Source: Balamuthia mandrillaris (Eukaryota). Taken from it: a stretch of DNA of 64,000 bases. The stretch is from positions 124,001 through 188,000 of the forward strand of contig JAVKOQ020000068.1 of NCBI GenBank assembly GCA_031835245.2. The letters are read 5' to 3'. Below are positions 25,491-38,895 of this stretch, in pieces; within the stretch, counting starts at the first letter, position 1; each line of letters starts with the position of its first letter. Under the pieces are notes generated by a model that did no database searches, was not told the DNA's origin, and saw only the letters and a program-made list of their open reading frames with translations. The translations under genes were made by a program, and so were the position numbers.

Positions 25491-27569
25491 TTAGTTGGCG
25501 AGTCCCAAAACTTTGCCTTTGCCTTTGCGGCCTCCTTTTCTGCCAAGACCTGGCGGCCTGGCGTCCATGTCAAAGTCGGGGCCGAGCTCGCCCCAGCGTC
25601 CTCCTCCTTGTCTCTCATGCATTGCCGTCTTTTTAAGTAGGAAGAGAGTGAGCAAAAAAGTATGCAAGAAGAAGAAGAAAGGAAGAAGAACAAGAAGGAC
25701 AACATGCAGAACGAAGGGAAGAACAGCGAAAAGAACGAAAAAGAATGAATGGGAAAACAAGGAAAGTACCTTTTGCAGGTAAGGAATGCTAGATGAGATC
25801 TCTTGGTCGACTGTCTTAAGTTTGCGAGCCATGTCGATCGAGTTGTGAATCTGTAGGTCCAAAAAGTTCAGCATGTCGTTCGTGTTGTAGGCCTCCGGGC
25901 TTTCATGGAAGGACACCATGCCGCCCTTTTGGTCCACAGTTGCAAAGATCTTTCCTTCTTCAATCTTTTGTTTGTGATGGAAACGAGTAAGAAAAAGAAG
26001 CAACAGAAAGTTAGAAAAGAACAGAAAAGAAAAGAAGTGCAGAGAAGGCAGCTTGGCAAGAAGGAGAGAAAGAGAAAGTAATCTCAAAAAGACGAACCAT
26101 GCCCAAAATAGCCTTTTCGGCATCCTTAGGGGAGGCTAGCTTTACAGTTTCGGCGATTTGGTCAAGAGACAAGGTAAGATAGGTTTGTGTGTGTCGGTTG
26201 ATGTTGCTGCGGTACAGAGCTTGGATACATTGCTTCACCAAACCAAAGTTGTTGTCCTGTTTTTGTTTCGTTGCAATATTAAAACGAAATGTCAGTTTGA
26301 AGTGTAAACTATGACATACGAAAGAAGGGAAACAGAAAAGCAGTCGCAGATAAAGGAGGGAAGGAAGAAAGTACCTTTTGGAAGGCCTCAGCATGTTGAG
26401 TGGCTACTTTGTGGACCTCATCTGTGCTGCGTGTAGCGAAAGCGTTGATGAGCTCCTGGTACTGAGGGCAGGCACTCTTAAGGTAACGCTGTACAACGGA
26501 AGGAGTGTACTTGGGCACTGGTGCCAACTGAAAAAGAAAAAAAGGATATCATAAAGAAACGTTGTAAATAAGTAAATGAGCAAGAAGAAAGAATCCAGGC
26601 AGAGTTACCGTTCCGTGCAGAAGAAGAGACACCAAAACGAATTTCTTGTAGCACTCTACCATCACTGCGCTCAATACAACAGCTGGAGCGGAGAAGCCCT
26701 TTTCGTGTAACAACAAACAAGTAAGAAAAAGTAAACGCCCGAGAGAAGAGAGAACGGACACAAGATAAAAGAGAAGAGAGAACACAAACCTGCTTGAAGA
26801 ACTCAAGCGCCTGCTCGAACTGCTTAACACCAACATAGACCATGCCGCCATAGTAAAAGTATCGCAGCAGGTCCACTGGCTTGAAGCCGTACCTCTCAGG
26901 GTCAGCAATGGCCAGGACCTCCTCCGCCAGGACGGGCAGCGCGGCGCGGTAGTCCTTGGCCAGGAGGCACATTTGCAGAAAGTCGGCGTGGAGAGGGGTG
27001 AGCGTGTCCGAGTTGGGCCTCAGCTTCTGGAGGGCCATCCGGAGGGGGCGGATGCAGGCCAACGCTCTGCCTTCGTTGCGGTAGATCTCGGCGTAGCGGC
27101 TGCATACTCTGGAGACTGCACGATCATAGTGGGGGTGAGTGAAAGAAGAGAGAAAGAGGAAGAGGAAGGAGAAGAGAGAACGAGAAGAAAAAAAACTGGA
27201 ACGAACATTTGAAAGGACTCAAACGGATCTGTTGTGTGTTGCCTTCTTTGATGAGGCGAGAAACTTGGCCCACGAAAGTGAGCGGGTCAGAAGAAGCCAC
27301 CACGGCCTTAATGCCACTAATTGGAGAGAAAGAGATATAAGTAATTTTTTAAAAAAGAGAGAACCAAAGTGGAATCGTGCGTGGACGTACAGGATGTGAA
27401 TCCACGCCAAAGTGTTCAGGTTAGGGTCCAAAATGGAGAGGATCTCATCGAGGTGAGGCAGGTTCTTGAACAACAATTCCTCGTTCTTCTTCAACAGACC
27501 CTGCAGGTTCTTGAGCTCCTTCTCATCCTTGGGATCCACGCTCTGGATGGCGTTTATGAGCTTGTCCAT
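25491..27569 (-). CDS. COPS3: COP9 signalosome subunit 3 (PCI domain)
   Basis: LTPLHADFLQMCLLAK, LRYFYYGGMVY, DNNFGLVKQC, TQTYLTLSL and IFATVDQKGGMVSF. Confidence 0.95.
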
Positions 27570-27891
27570 TGTTGTCGGTAGCTTGTTCGTAGGTGTTGCT
27601 ACGCGAAATCAAATCTTATTTTTTCTCGCCCCTCCCACAGGAGTCCTCTGCTTTGCTTTCGCAGAATGCCCAAAGAGGGAAAAATGACCCCTTTTGCATT
27701 TATCATGTCGTCGTGAATAGGACCTGTCGGCACAAAATTTGTCCGCAGAATTTTTGATGTCGACAATTTTATATCTGAAGAAGGAAGAGCAGAGTAGAGA
27801 AGTAAGGAAGAGCACTCTGCAGCAAAGCATGTTCTTTTTGTTTTTTTTCTCTTCCTTCCTCGGCAGATTTTTTTCCCCATGTTTATTCTTC

Positions 27892-30800
27892 TTAGTCCAA
27901 CGCACAATGAAACGAATCAAACAGTGAGCTAACATCGAACCGGAAAGCAGCAGAGCAACCGGTCAAAGAAGCCTCGGGATAAAACAGCACTACCTGCGGT
28001 TGCTTTGGCAAAAGGTGAAATGCATTATTACTGAAATGGCCGGCGACCACTTTGCCTCCAACGTTTTGGCAAGAAGCTGGAGAAGAAGAAGAACACGAAG
28101 AACAAGAAGAACAAGAAGAAGAACTTGAAGATGATGAAGAAGAAACCGAAAGCCAAACAAAGAGTGCAACTTGGTCGCTTTCCACTCGCAAGTGAACTAA
28201 TTGCTCTTCTTGAGCTAAAACGTGTAGTTGGATTTGTGGTCTTTTCAATGTGATGCTCTTGAACGGGCTGAAGAAGTGAAAGTTGACATATTGCTGTGCT
28301 TCTCTTTGCGTGCTCTTTGCTTTCATGTACAGGAAGCAGTTAGGTTTTGTGAATCGTATGTCTGTCGAGTGGGAAACTTGTTCTGCAACTTCTTCATCCA
28401 AAACGAAACGTGCGTCGCGAATATAGGAGAGGTTGCCTCTGTGTGTTGACACCTCATCGATGCAAGAAGCGATGAAAACGGCTTTGCTGCTTCCAAACTC
28501 TTGCTCTTCCTTCATGACGTGCTTTCCATTCCATTCTTTCATCACTGCGCCTTCAAAACTCCAAAGTTGAACGCTTAATTCTAGCTGCTCTGATTTTTCT
28601 TCTGTTTCCTTTTCTTTCTCATCTTTGTTCGTGGATCGCTGTCGTCCATCATGAGTTAACCAGACTTGTAACAATGACTCTCTTACTGTTTCTTCAGTTT
28701 GGTTCGCTGCTTCCTTTTCGAAACAGGAAAGTAATGTTGGAGCGAAAAAGTGCTTTGCATGATAGTGGAGAGCTTTCCATGATCCGTCATACTCCAGAGA
28801 AGACCAGCTCGCACCTTTTCATTTTCCAAAGTATAAGAAGAAAGAAGAAAGAAGCAAGAAAGCTAAGTACCTTGCCAAATGTCATTTAGTTGCCAGTAAA
28901 GAACACCCATACAGAGAGGTTGCAGTCGCCGCCAGTGCTCTGCTGCTGTGCGAATGGATATGGCCTGCAAGAATTGACTCACTAACAGCCACTTCTCGAA
29001 GCTTATTGGCATTCTGTTTGTTATGATTGTGTTAACACAAATGAAAAAAAGTGGAAGAAAAGAAGAAGAAGAAGAAGAACAAGAAGAGGAGGAGAACGTA
29101 AGAAACAGAGGAAAAGAAAAGCAAACCTGAAGTGTCGTAAGATGTGATCAACAATAGCTAAACATGAGAGAGAGCGTCCCATAAGAAAGAAATACAAGAC
29201 AACGAGGAAAAAAAAAAAAGAAATGAACCTCTGTTTCCTCTTTGAGGGGAACGCTGGCGAAACTCCATAGCAGGAGAGGTCACATTCCAATCTTCCTCAT
29301 CTTCTATCAACACTTGTTGCAATGTTCGTTTGCTCGGAAAAGACTGAAACCCAAACTCAGAACAAAAACGAGGACAAACAGTCAAATATTCTGCAGCCGA
29401 CCAAGAAAGAAACACATTAAAGACGTTAGTATTTCTTCATGTTGTTCTCTCTCTCTCTCTCTCTCTCTCTCCCTCTCCCTCTCTCTCTCCCTCTCTCCCT
29501 CTCATTTACCCGACAAAGGTTTATCGCCATGCCACACAGCCCAATAATGGCAATCCCCTCTGGTTCTGTCTCCTGGCTTTAATAGAAGTTAGAAACAGAT
29601 TCTATGAGAGAGAAATGGAAAAGTACGCACAACACCCCAGATGAACATTCCATTAGAGGGAGAAGAAGGCCAGAACGGAACCGTGGTTCTTGCCGATGAG
29701 TTTCCTTCACAAGGAGAAGCAGAAGAAGACCGAACCATACGCCACCGTTCCTCCTTCTTCCAATTGTCTTCCAAAGACATGTCTTCCTCCACATAAACTC
29801 TCCAAATGGTATCGTAGTAGAGCTTCTTATAATCTGAAAGATAACGCTCCTTCACCTCTTCTGAACTCTGCGTTTCAGGCCAATAACCTCCAACAAGGGC
29901 TTCCTCGTTTTCATTGTTCCCAAACCAAAGAACGATGCATGGGTGAGAGCACAGTCGACGCAGTTGATAACGTACTTCTGCCTCCACTTGAGAGAGAAAC
30001 GAAGATGTACTGGGGTACAGAGAACATGCAAACATGAAGTCATGCCAAACTATCAGTCCGAACTTTTTAGATTTTGGTGAGTTTATAAATAGAAAGAGAG
30101 AGTAAGAGTGTAGAGAATATAAAACAGAGTGAGAAAGGAAGGCAGGAAGCAGAAAAGAGGGAGAATGAGGTACCCGGTCGCAAAGATCGTAAAACGCATC
30201 TCGTTCGTACATACCTCCACCCCATATCCGAATAGAGTTCACGTTAGCCTCCACCGCACTTCTAAGCAGTTTCTCATAGTGATCATTCGTTACTCGTGCA
30301 TCAAAACAATCACTATGAAGCAAAGCAAGATAACAGGTCAGAGAAAGAAGCGGAAGAAAAGTAGAAGCGCGGGTGTTCGCTAACCATGGAATCCAGTTGG
30401 CACCTTTGGCAAAGATAGGCACACCATTTACTTTTACGAAGAACGTCTCCCCATCCTCATCCGGGACTGTCATCAGTTGCACTTCCCTCATTCCGGTTGT
30501 TTTGCACATTCTCGTGAATTCTAACGTTTCTTCATCGCCTTCTATTTGGTGAGAATGTAGCAAACTTGCTGTGATGCGGTACAGAGATTGGCGGCCATAG
30601 CCAACTGGCCACCAAAGATGAGGTTTGACCACGGTCAACTCTAGCGAGAGAAGGTTGTTATTTCCTGGTATTAAGGTAACACCTTGCAATCGCTTTTGAA
30701 AGGAGTGCCCTTCTTGTTCGGCTTCTGAATTAAGCTGAAGGTCTAAATCTACAACGCAAGGACGTGCTGCTGTCGCATGGATTCCTTTTATGTAACAAGA

Positions 30801-32017
30801 AGAAAGGTTAAGTTGTGGATTGCAAGAAAGAGGAAAGAGCAAACAAAGAAGAAAGAACACATAAGCGTGAAGCATGAAAAAACCAAAGTAGCATGTTACT
30901 GTTTGTTGACTCAAGTCATGACGCTGATGGCAAGTGAGAGCCGTAATGACAGCAGTGGAGAATGCACAAAGTCGGATCGGCTGTAAAACACCAATCGGTA
31001 CAAAGCAAGGTCCCCAGTCCCATCCAAAGTCACACCCTCTTTTTCGTATCCAACCGCGATGCTTTTCTCCATTCATGTATTCCATCTGCCAACACATATG
31101 AGAAATGGAGAAGAGAGAAGAGAACGAGAGAAGAGAGGTAAGAGAAGAGAAGAGCAAGGAAGAGACACCAGGAAAGCGAAGAGAGAAAAAGAAAAACAAG
31201 AAGGACCGTTGGAACAGGATAGGCGGCCTTGGTAGCTTTCTTCTTACAATACTCCACAGCCGAACAGAAAAGCAGCTCGATGGTGTTCTCACCTGCATGC
31301 AACACGCTGAAGCCTTCCGCCTTCGACTGAAGAACAAAGCGATGCTCCCTAAACATGTTTTTGGCCGTAGAACCAACTTTCTTTCCATTCACTCGAAGTT
31401 GGGCTATTGTGTGATCGTCTCAGAGAATAGAAGAAGAAGAAGAAGAACAAGAACAAGAAGAAGAAGAACAAGAAGAAGAAGGAGAAGAAGAAGAAGAAGA
31501 ACAAGAACAAGAAGAACAAGAACAAGAAGAACAAGAACAACAAGAAGAAGAAGAAGAAGAAGAAGAAGAAGAACAAGAAGAAGAACAAGAAGAAGAACAA
31601 GAAGAAGAACAACAACAACAACAAGAAGAACAAGAAGAAGAAGAAAAAGAAGAAGATAATGAGAGAAAACAAACCAACAGTGTCAAGACAAGGACAAACC
31701 AGCTCCACTCTTTCATGCAACAGCAAAGGGCTCTCCTCCGCCAAAGAAACCGTCCGCGAGAACGACCAGTCCGAAAGCGCGATCCAACGGTGTTGCAGCT
31801 CCCTTTGGCCAGCGTACAGATCTTCCACCAGGCCGGCCCTCATCAACGACGAGTGAACGTCGGAAGGCAGCTCCATTTGTATGGGCAAGCCTTGAAGAAT
31901 GCCAGCGTTTTCGTCGCTCTCCGTCGTTCCTCTGGCACAAGTGCAACAAAGGCTCCATGGCTCTCCTTCCCCACAAAGGTTCACCTCCACCACCCCCACC
32001 TCCTCCTTCTTCTTCAT
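27892..32017 (-). CDS. MANBA: Beta-mannosidase, glycoside hydrolase family 2 (multi-exon)
   Basis: FGWDWGP, NGVPIFAKGANWIP, IRIWGGGMYE, VWHDFMFAC, WFGNNENE, RFCSEFGFQSFP and LYWQLND. Confidence 0.93.
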
Positions 32018-32079
32018 CCTTCTGCTACCTTCCTCCTTTCTTTCTTTTTGCTACACAAAAAATAAATAAAAAAAGAAAA

Positions 32080-32164
32080 GGGATCAGGAATGGACTTGAA
32101 CCATTAACCCTGCGATTTTATGCGTTAAATGTGCAGCGCTCTACCTATTGAGCTACCCAGATCC
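32080..32164 (-). tRNA. tRNA-like gene or pseudogene with expanded (possibly intron-containing) anticodon arm; identity uncertain
   Basis: The minus strand has an A box/D arm TAGCTCAATAGGTAGAGC, a T arm AATGG-TTCAAGT-CCATT, an acceptor stem GGATC..GATCC and a downstream oligo-T. The anticodon region is irregular. Confidence 0.55.
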
Positions 32165-32291
32165 CAAGAGAATTATCGCGAAATTGCTTGGTATCAATTT
32201 ATATACCAATCGATCTGATCTACAGCTGACGTCAACAGTGTCCACAAAAAATGGAACAACAAAGAAAAAAAAAGAAAGCAAAAAGCCTCAA

Positions 32292-32564
32292 ATGGACACA
32301 CAGACGCTCTTGGATCACGTCCACCAGGTGGAGAAGAGCACCAAGCTGGACTTTCGGACCAACAAGATCGCTGGGACCTGCTTCTCCAAGTGCGTGCCCA
32401 AGCCCAAGGCCGTGCCGCTCTCCCAGGCCGACAAGGAGTGCATCTACCAGTGCACGCTGAGCAACCTCAAGTCCAACGACGTGGTCTCCCAACGCAGCCT
32501 CTTCCACTCTGGCAGGGACGGCGCCATTTTCTCCTCCGACGTCCCCGACTACAGCCGAGTGTGA
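32292..32564 (+). CDS. Small Tim (Tim8/9/10/13, twin CX3C) mitochondrial intermembrane chaperone
   Basis: CFSKC-x15-CIYQC, 90 aa. Confidence 0.8.
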   Translation: MDTQTLLDHVHQVEKSTKLDFRTNKIAGTCFSKCVPKPKAVPLSQADKECIYQCTLSNLKSNDVVSQRSLFHSGRDGAIFSSDVPDYSRV

Positions 32565-32908
32565 TGAGGGAAGGAAACGATACCGAATGATTCCAAGAAA
32601 AAAAAAAGAAACCAACACACGAACAAAATAATTTTCCGCTTTTGCCCTCTCCACTACCCTTTTTGTTTTTTTTGGGTCTTCTTTCTTTCTTTCTTCTCTT
32701 CTTTCTTCTTTCTTCTCTTCTTTCTTCTTTCTTCTCTTCTTTCTTCTTTCTTCTCTTCTTTCTTCTTTCTTCTCTTCTTTCTTCTTCTCACACACAAAAA
32801 ACAAATCGATTATTTACAAACCAACATAGTATTGTTGTTTTCATCAAAGGTGCTCCTGTGTGTTGGTTCCGTTTTTTTTTGGACTAGTCTTGGATGTTGC
32901 AGCTCACT

Positions 32909-33169
32909 TCAGACCTGACTTCTCGTGCGGACCTTGTTGCCGCTCTCATCGACGTCCTCAAAGGTGTCCTGGCGGATGGATCGCATGGTGTAGAGGTAGG
33001 TGCCCGCCACGAAGGCGAGCAGCGTGAAGGCCGTCAGCCCTTTGCCCAGCGGGGTCTGGCGGAAGAGCAGCTTGCCGCGTTCTCCTCCAGCGCTGGCAGC
33101 CGCACCAGGCGAAGCGTTCATGGGAGGTCGTTGTTGGTGGTGGTGGTGAGGTTGTCCTTTGCTGGCCAT
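32909..33169 (-). CDS. Cytochrome c oxidase assembly factor 3-like small membrane protein
   Basis: Single TM segment LTAFTLLAFVAGTYLYTM followed by SIRQDTFEDV, like the COA3/CCDC56 motif. Confidence 0.65.
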   Translation of the reverse strand: MASKGQPHHHHQQRPPMNASPGAAASAGGERGKLLFRQTPLGKGLTAFTLLAFVAGTYLYTMRSIRQDTFEDVDESGNKVRTRSQV

Positions 33170-33175
33170 TTGGGG

Positions 33176-33213
<38 letters not shown>

Positions 33214-33576
33214 GGATGAGTGAGGTGAGTGAGTGGGAGTCGATCGTTGTTTTTCCCTCACTCTGATCTTGTGTGTTTTTTTTCTTTCGAGGAAAAGGTC
33301 AACCCTGCAGGATTGGAGGACAAACTGTGCTCGAGCGTGTTGACACGTCAGCTTTTGACCAGCGCAGGTGCAATCATTGGTCAGCTTTTGTGCAAATTCG
33401 GATTTCCTCCCTGTTAAAAAAAAAAGCCGTTTGGCGACTTTGAAAAGATTAAGTCTTTTCTGCTCTTCTTTCTTTTTGTTCTTTCTTTTAACGGCGAGGC
33501 ATCTTTAGACTCTCTTGCCTTCTAGGACAACCACAAAAATAAAAAGCGAAAGCACGTACGCTCAAACCAAACAAGA

Positions 33577-33888
33577 ATGGAGATGAACATCTTCGATCTG
33601 TCCGCGTTCCTGAACCTCGGCCCGGAAGCCGCCGAGCAGTCGGAGGAACTACAAAAGCAGTGCAAAGAGGTCTTTTTTTCTGTTCTTCTTCTTGGAAGAT
33701 TGTTTCTTTCTTCTCGCTCAAAAAAAAAAAAAAACCAACAAGAATAGATGGCTGAGTGCATGCACAAAACCGGCATTTTGATCATCCGCGATCCTCGCGT
33801 CAGCGTGGAGGACAACGAAAAGTTTCTCAGCAACATGGAGGCTTACTTTGCTCAACCCGATGAGGACAAACTGAAAGGTCCGTTGCCT

Positions 33889-33931
<43 letters not shown>

Positions 33932-34424
33932 CTAGTGTTTGTCATTTTTGTCAACGCGAGAAACCGCTATAGATAGCAGACCTGAGCTTCACTATCAAGT
34001 TGGCTCCACGCCTTCCTATGTGGAAGTGCCTCGCTGCTCCAAAGACCCTGAGTGCATGGCCAAGATAGACTCTGTACGGCGTCTTGTTCTTCTCTTTTCG
34101 TTTTACTTTCGCTATCAGTTGCTCACACAGAACGAAAAACAAAAACGAAAACAAAAGATGCCAGAAGAGCATAAAGCGCATAAGCCAGTGGGACCGGATG
34201 CAAAGGAACGCTTCTTCTGGCGAATGGGCGAGCCACCCAAAGAGACTGAGTTCCCTGCTCTGAACGCACCTCCAGTTGTTCCCGCCAACTTCCCTGACTG
34301 GGCTACCACCATGAACTCTTGGGGACACAAAATGGTTTCACCTTCTCTTGTCTTCATTTTTAATTTCTTCTTTCTAGAACCACCGTTTACTGTCTATCAT
34401 TCCATTCATCTTTTCTTTCTTCTC

Positions 34425-34461
<37 letters not shown>

Positions 34462-35174
34462 TCCCTCTCCCCTCTTTTCTCTATACTCTCTCTCCTTTCC
34501 TCTCTCTTTCTCATTCTCTCCCTTCTCTTATTGTGCTAATACTTTCGGGATCGTAACAGCTGGATGCCATCTATGCCACGTCAGAGATGCTGGCAATGGG
34601 CCTGGATCTCCCTCGCCGCACCTTCCTCGACCTCATGCAACACGCTCCTCACCTCCTAGCCCCCACTGGCACCGACCTCCTCAAACACCGCCAACTGGAT
34701 ACCATTTACGCCGGCTTCCACTATGACCTCAGCTTCCTGACCATCCATGGCAGGTCTCGCGTGCCCGGCCTCTTTGTGTGGTTGCGCTCTGGAGAGAAGC
34801 AGCTGGTGCGCGTGCCCGAGGGATGCCTGCTCATACAGGCCGGCAAGCAGATGGAAATACTGACAGGAGGCTACGTGGAGGCTGGCTATCATGAGGTGGT
34901 TTGCTGTGAGGAGACCCTTGCTGCCATCCGTCGATTGCAGGAGGAGAGAAGGAAGAAGGAGAAGACGGAAGGCACGGCGGAAGCAGAATTGCCGTTGTGG
35001 CGAGTGTCGACGACCCTGTTCTCGCACATCGCATCGGACCAGGTGCTGAGGCCGTTGGGCAAGTTTGGAGAGGACGAGGCCGTGCGTGAGAAATACCCAC
35101 CGATCAAGACCGGAGACCAGGTTCAAAGAGAGCTTCGTGCCATCAACCTGGCTGCTGCTTCTTCTTCCATGTAA
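33577..35174 (+). CDS. 2-oxoglutarate/Fe(II) oxygenase, isopenicillin-N-synthase-like
   Basis: H-x-D (GFHYDLSFLTIHG), distal His (AGYHEV) and R-x-S (WRVS); multi-exon. Confidence 0.9.
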
Positions 35175-35259
35175 CTCTCCCCCTTTTTTTGTTGTTATTT
35201 TTGTTTCGTCAAACTATAAAGAAAACTAGTGGGGAGTATCAGTGATAGCGGTGGAGAGC

Positions 35260-35460
35260 AGAAGAAGAAGAAGAAGAAGAAGAAGAAGAAGAAGAAGAAG
35301 AAGAAGAAGAAGAAGAAGAAGAAGAAGAAGAAGAAGAACAAGAAGAAGAACAAGAACAAGAACAAGAAGAAGAAGAAGAAGAACAAGAAGAAGAAGAAGA
35401 AGAAGAAGAAGAAGAAGAAGAAGAAGAAGAAGAAGAAGAAGAAGAAGAAGAAGAAGAAGC
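35260..35460. repeat. Intergenic (AAG)n microsatellite, about 200 bp
   Basis: Direct sequence. Confidence 0.95.
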
Positions 35461-35554
35461 AGGAGAAGGACGCTTTGTCTTGCTATTGCCCCCCACGCTT
35501 CTCGTTGGTGTGAACAAGGAGAACCGGAGGATATACAAGGGGAGGAGGGGTGTG

Positions 35555-36654
35555 ATGATCGGAGGAGGAGGAGGAAGAGCAAGACAGTACAAGTGGGCCG
35601 CAGCTACGATTGGCCTTTCTGTGTTGGCCGCTGCATTCTTTTGGGGCTCTGAGGAGGTACGCAGTCATCAGCTTGGAGGGGCGGGTTGCTTTCTTTGTCA
35701 TTTTACCGACAAAGCTGGTGTTGATCACTTGTTTTTTTAACCACCCTTGTAGGCAAAAGATCTGAAAGTGGAGTGCAGGACTGGAACTACGATGAGTGCC
35801 CCTCAACGCAGGGCCATCGTTCTAGGTGCCACAGGCGCTGTTGGAAAGGTTTTTTACTTCCTTCTTCCCGCTTTCTTTGTTTCGTGGCTGCATCATCTCA
35901 TCCGAACTCTGGGCCACAGAGTTTGGTCACACAATTGCTTCGCTCCTCCACTTTCTCCACGGTCACCACGTTGGGGCGAAGGAGTGTTCCCCTCGAAACC
36001 TACTTGGACAGCAATAGCACCGAGGAGGAGGATGGAAAGGACACAGACGCCATCAGCCAAAAGCTTCACCAGCAGGTTCTGGAAGACCTGAGCCAGCTCT
36101 CAGAGCACCAGGAGCTCTTCTCGGGGCATGACACCGTGTTCTGCTGCCTTGGGACCACCATCAAGACGGCCGGCAGCCAAGAGCAGTTCAGGAAAGTGGA
36201 CCACGACTACGTCATGGCCGCTGCCACCATTGGCAGAGCCCAAGGCGTGCGACAGTTCAGCCTGGTCTCCTCTGTGGGGGCCAACCCCAACGCATGGGCC
36301 TTCTACTCTCGTGTCAAAGGGGAGGTGGAGCAGGACCTCAAGTCATTGGGCTTCCCCACTCTGAGCATCTTCAGGCCTTCCTTGTTGATGACAGCGAGGC
36401 CCGAGCACGCGCCTCGCCCTGGCGAAGCGATCGCTCAACGGGTGTGGCCTTGGATCTCTTGGTCGTTGGTGGGGCCGTTGAGGAAGTACAGGGAGATACC
36501 TGTGGAAACGGTGGCCCAGGCCATGCTAGTGGACGCTGAGCAGGGATGGTGTGTTGCTAAACAGAACAGGGGAGGAGAAGACAGCGACGCGGGCGAAGTT
36601 CGCTTGTACGAGTCGGATGAGATACATGTGCTTGCAGCTGCGGGGCAACAATAA
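35555..36654 (+). CDS. TIP30/HTATIP2 (CC3)-like NAD(P)-binding atypical SDR with predicted N-terminal hydrophobic exon
   Basis: AIVLGATGAVGK, FCCLGTT, FRKVDHDYV, YSRVKGEVE and IFRPSLL. The upstream exon splices in frame; an alternative start is at 35792. Confidence 0.85.
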
Positions 36655-37195
36655 GAAGATAAGCGATCATAAGCCACAGAATGAGAAAGAGAGAAACGGT
36701 GGAGGGCTCTCTATCGCACCGGTCGTTTTCAGAACAAACCAATCTACATTCCTTTCAAGTATGTTTGTTGTCTGCTTGTTTGCTGTTCGTGGTGTTGTTG
36801 TTTTCTTTGTTGAATGTGAGCTATAAAACCAAAACAACAGATTTCAAGTAAACTCTTTTGGCTCTGATATCAGTATTCCGTGCTATCAACCTCCCTGGGA
36901 TATGCTTCCCTTTGGCATCTTCCCTCTTTTGGGTGCTTTCTTCTTTTAACTGCTTTCAAATCTTCTTTCGCTAAGCCTTACGTTTGTTATCTTCTTACTA
37001 TGCATGCACTCTTTCTTTTTCCCTTTACAACAACATAGCAGTGACGTTTTGGTTCCTTCTCTCGCCACCCCCTTTCCTCTACTTTCTTCTTTTGTTTTTC
37101 ATTTCTTACTTTTGTGTTCTTTATTCGATCTTTGCATCAATATACAGTGAGACACACTCGAAACCATTCCTCTTTTCGATCGCATTTCATCAACT

Positions 37196-38422
37196 TCATC
37201 TTACATAAGAAGTTAATGGAGGAGTATTGTTGTACCATTCACGATACAAGTGATAAACATGTCCGCTCAAAACGGAATGTACGGAGATGCACTGCGATTT
37301 ACAATCAGGAGCACGTTTGGCTTGTTCGTTCGGGTGTGTGTTGAAGCCTATGTGATCCTCACATTCCCTTCTGAAGTACTTACGAATGCAAATCGCTGTG
37401 CATTGATCCTTCGTTTCATAACAGAGAAGAAAGACATCAGAGAAAGGCCAAAAGAAACTCAAACAAACCACAAGGCAGAAAGAAAGAAAGCGAGATAGGA
37501 GACGTTAAGGAAAAAAAAAAATACAAACTTCAGCAGGACGGCCACATTCGACCGTCATACAACGCTCATACAATGGCATGAACTCCTCCATCAACCGCCG
37601 TGAAAAGACATATCCCGCCCCACCGTTACAATCCACAAACTCATCAATCTCCATTCGATGGCCTATGTACTGGACGTCCGTCCAGTTGTATTGGTTCAAC
37701 GCTTTGACCAAGTTGTGAACGTGGACAAACGTGTCGTCGTCCACCTTGTAGAACCACTTCTTGCTAGGAAAGCGGCGCCAAGCGTCCAGAATGCCGTTTG
37801 GTACTTTTGTGCTCATAAAGTGGTCTTCTTGTACTGTTTAGAAGATGATGAAGTTGATGAAGAAGAACCGCCACAAAAAGAAGAAGAAGAAGAAGAAGAA
37901 GAAGAAGAAGAAGAAGAAGAAGAAGAAGAAGAAGAGAAGTATACACAAGAGAAATAAAAGACAAGTGATAGACTACAAAAGAATGATAACAAAATTATAT
38001 ACCTCCACCAACGTTCACAACATTGGGAAAGAATGTGTTGTCCTCGTCAGAGTAGACCATGAAGGAAGTTGGTGGCACGTGTCGCAACCAAGTATCCAGC
38101 AGCGCGTGCAATCTGTCTCTTGTATTACGACCTTTTAATTATAAGACGAAGAAGAAGAAGAAGAAGAACAAGAACAAGACAAAGGGAGAAGGGCACACAG
38201 ATGGGAGTCAGAAGAAAATATCATGTGATAAACGAAGAGGAAAGGACCGGTGAAGACAAGAATCAAAATGTCGTCAATGGTGGTGACGCTATCGTCCTGA
38301 AGCGATAGCGATACCCCTGAGTAGGCCTCGAGCTCGTCTCCTGCCACTGGGACACCACTATAAAGCGAGAAGGTGACAACATGGAAGCATATGACTGTTA
38401 ACAAAAGTGCTGTTCGTAACAT
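37196..38422 (-). CDS. GT31/Fringe-like beta-1,3-glycosyltransferase (3' end uncertain)
   Basis: N-terminal signal anchor, LDTW, KWFYKVDDDTFV (DxD), GGAGYVFSR and EDQC. Confidence 0.85.
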
Positions 38423-38895
38423 GATACCGCTTTTTTTTTTTCTTCTTTGCTTCCTCTATGATTCCTCCTTCATGTGGTTCTTCTTATTTATCATTTTTTG
38501 TTTCTCCCTTTGGGTGGTGCAGCTTTTTTTTTAAAATTGGAGATAGAAGTGGTGCCCATGCTTGTGCTTCGAAAGGCAGAAGGGATTTCGTGGAGTCAAC
38601 ACCAACAACATCACCATGTGACAGTCTCAGCTGCCATTCCTCTCATTCTCAAAATTTGTTTCATCTTCACGAAAAACCGGCCACTCTTCCTCCTCCCTCA
38701 AGCTTCGGGACTTCCATCGCTCTCTTGTGAGGCAGAGGAAACCTGTTACATAAAAACTAGGGGAGTTCTCTTTCTTTTTTCATTAATTTTGTTCTTCTTG
38801 CGAAGTTTCCGTAATTCAATTTTATTTTCCTGGAAAAATTTTATATTTGTATAAAAGGAAACTTCGACTCTTCACAAAGAAGAAAGGACCCCATC

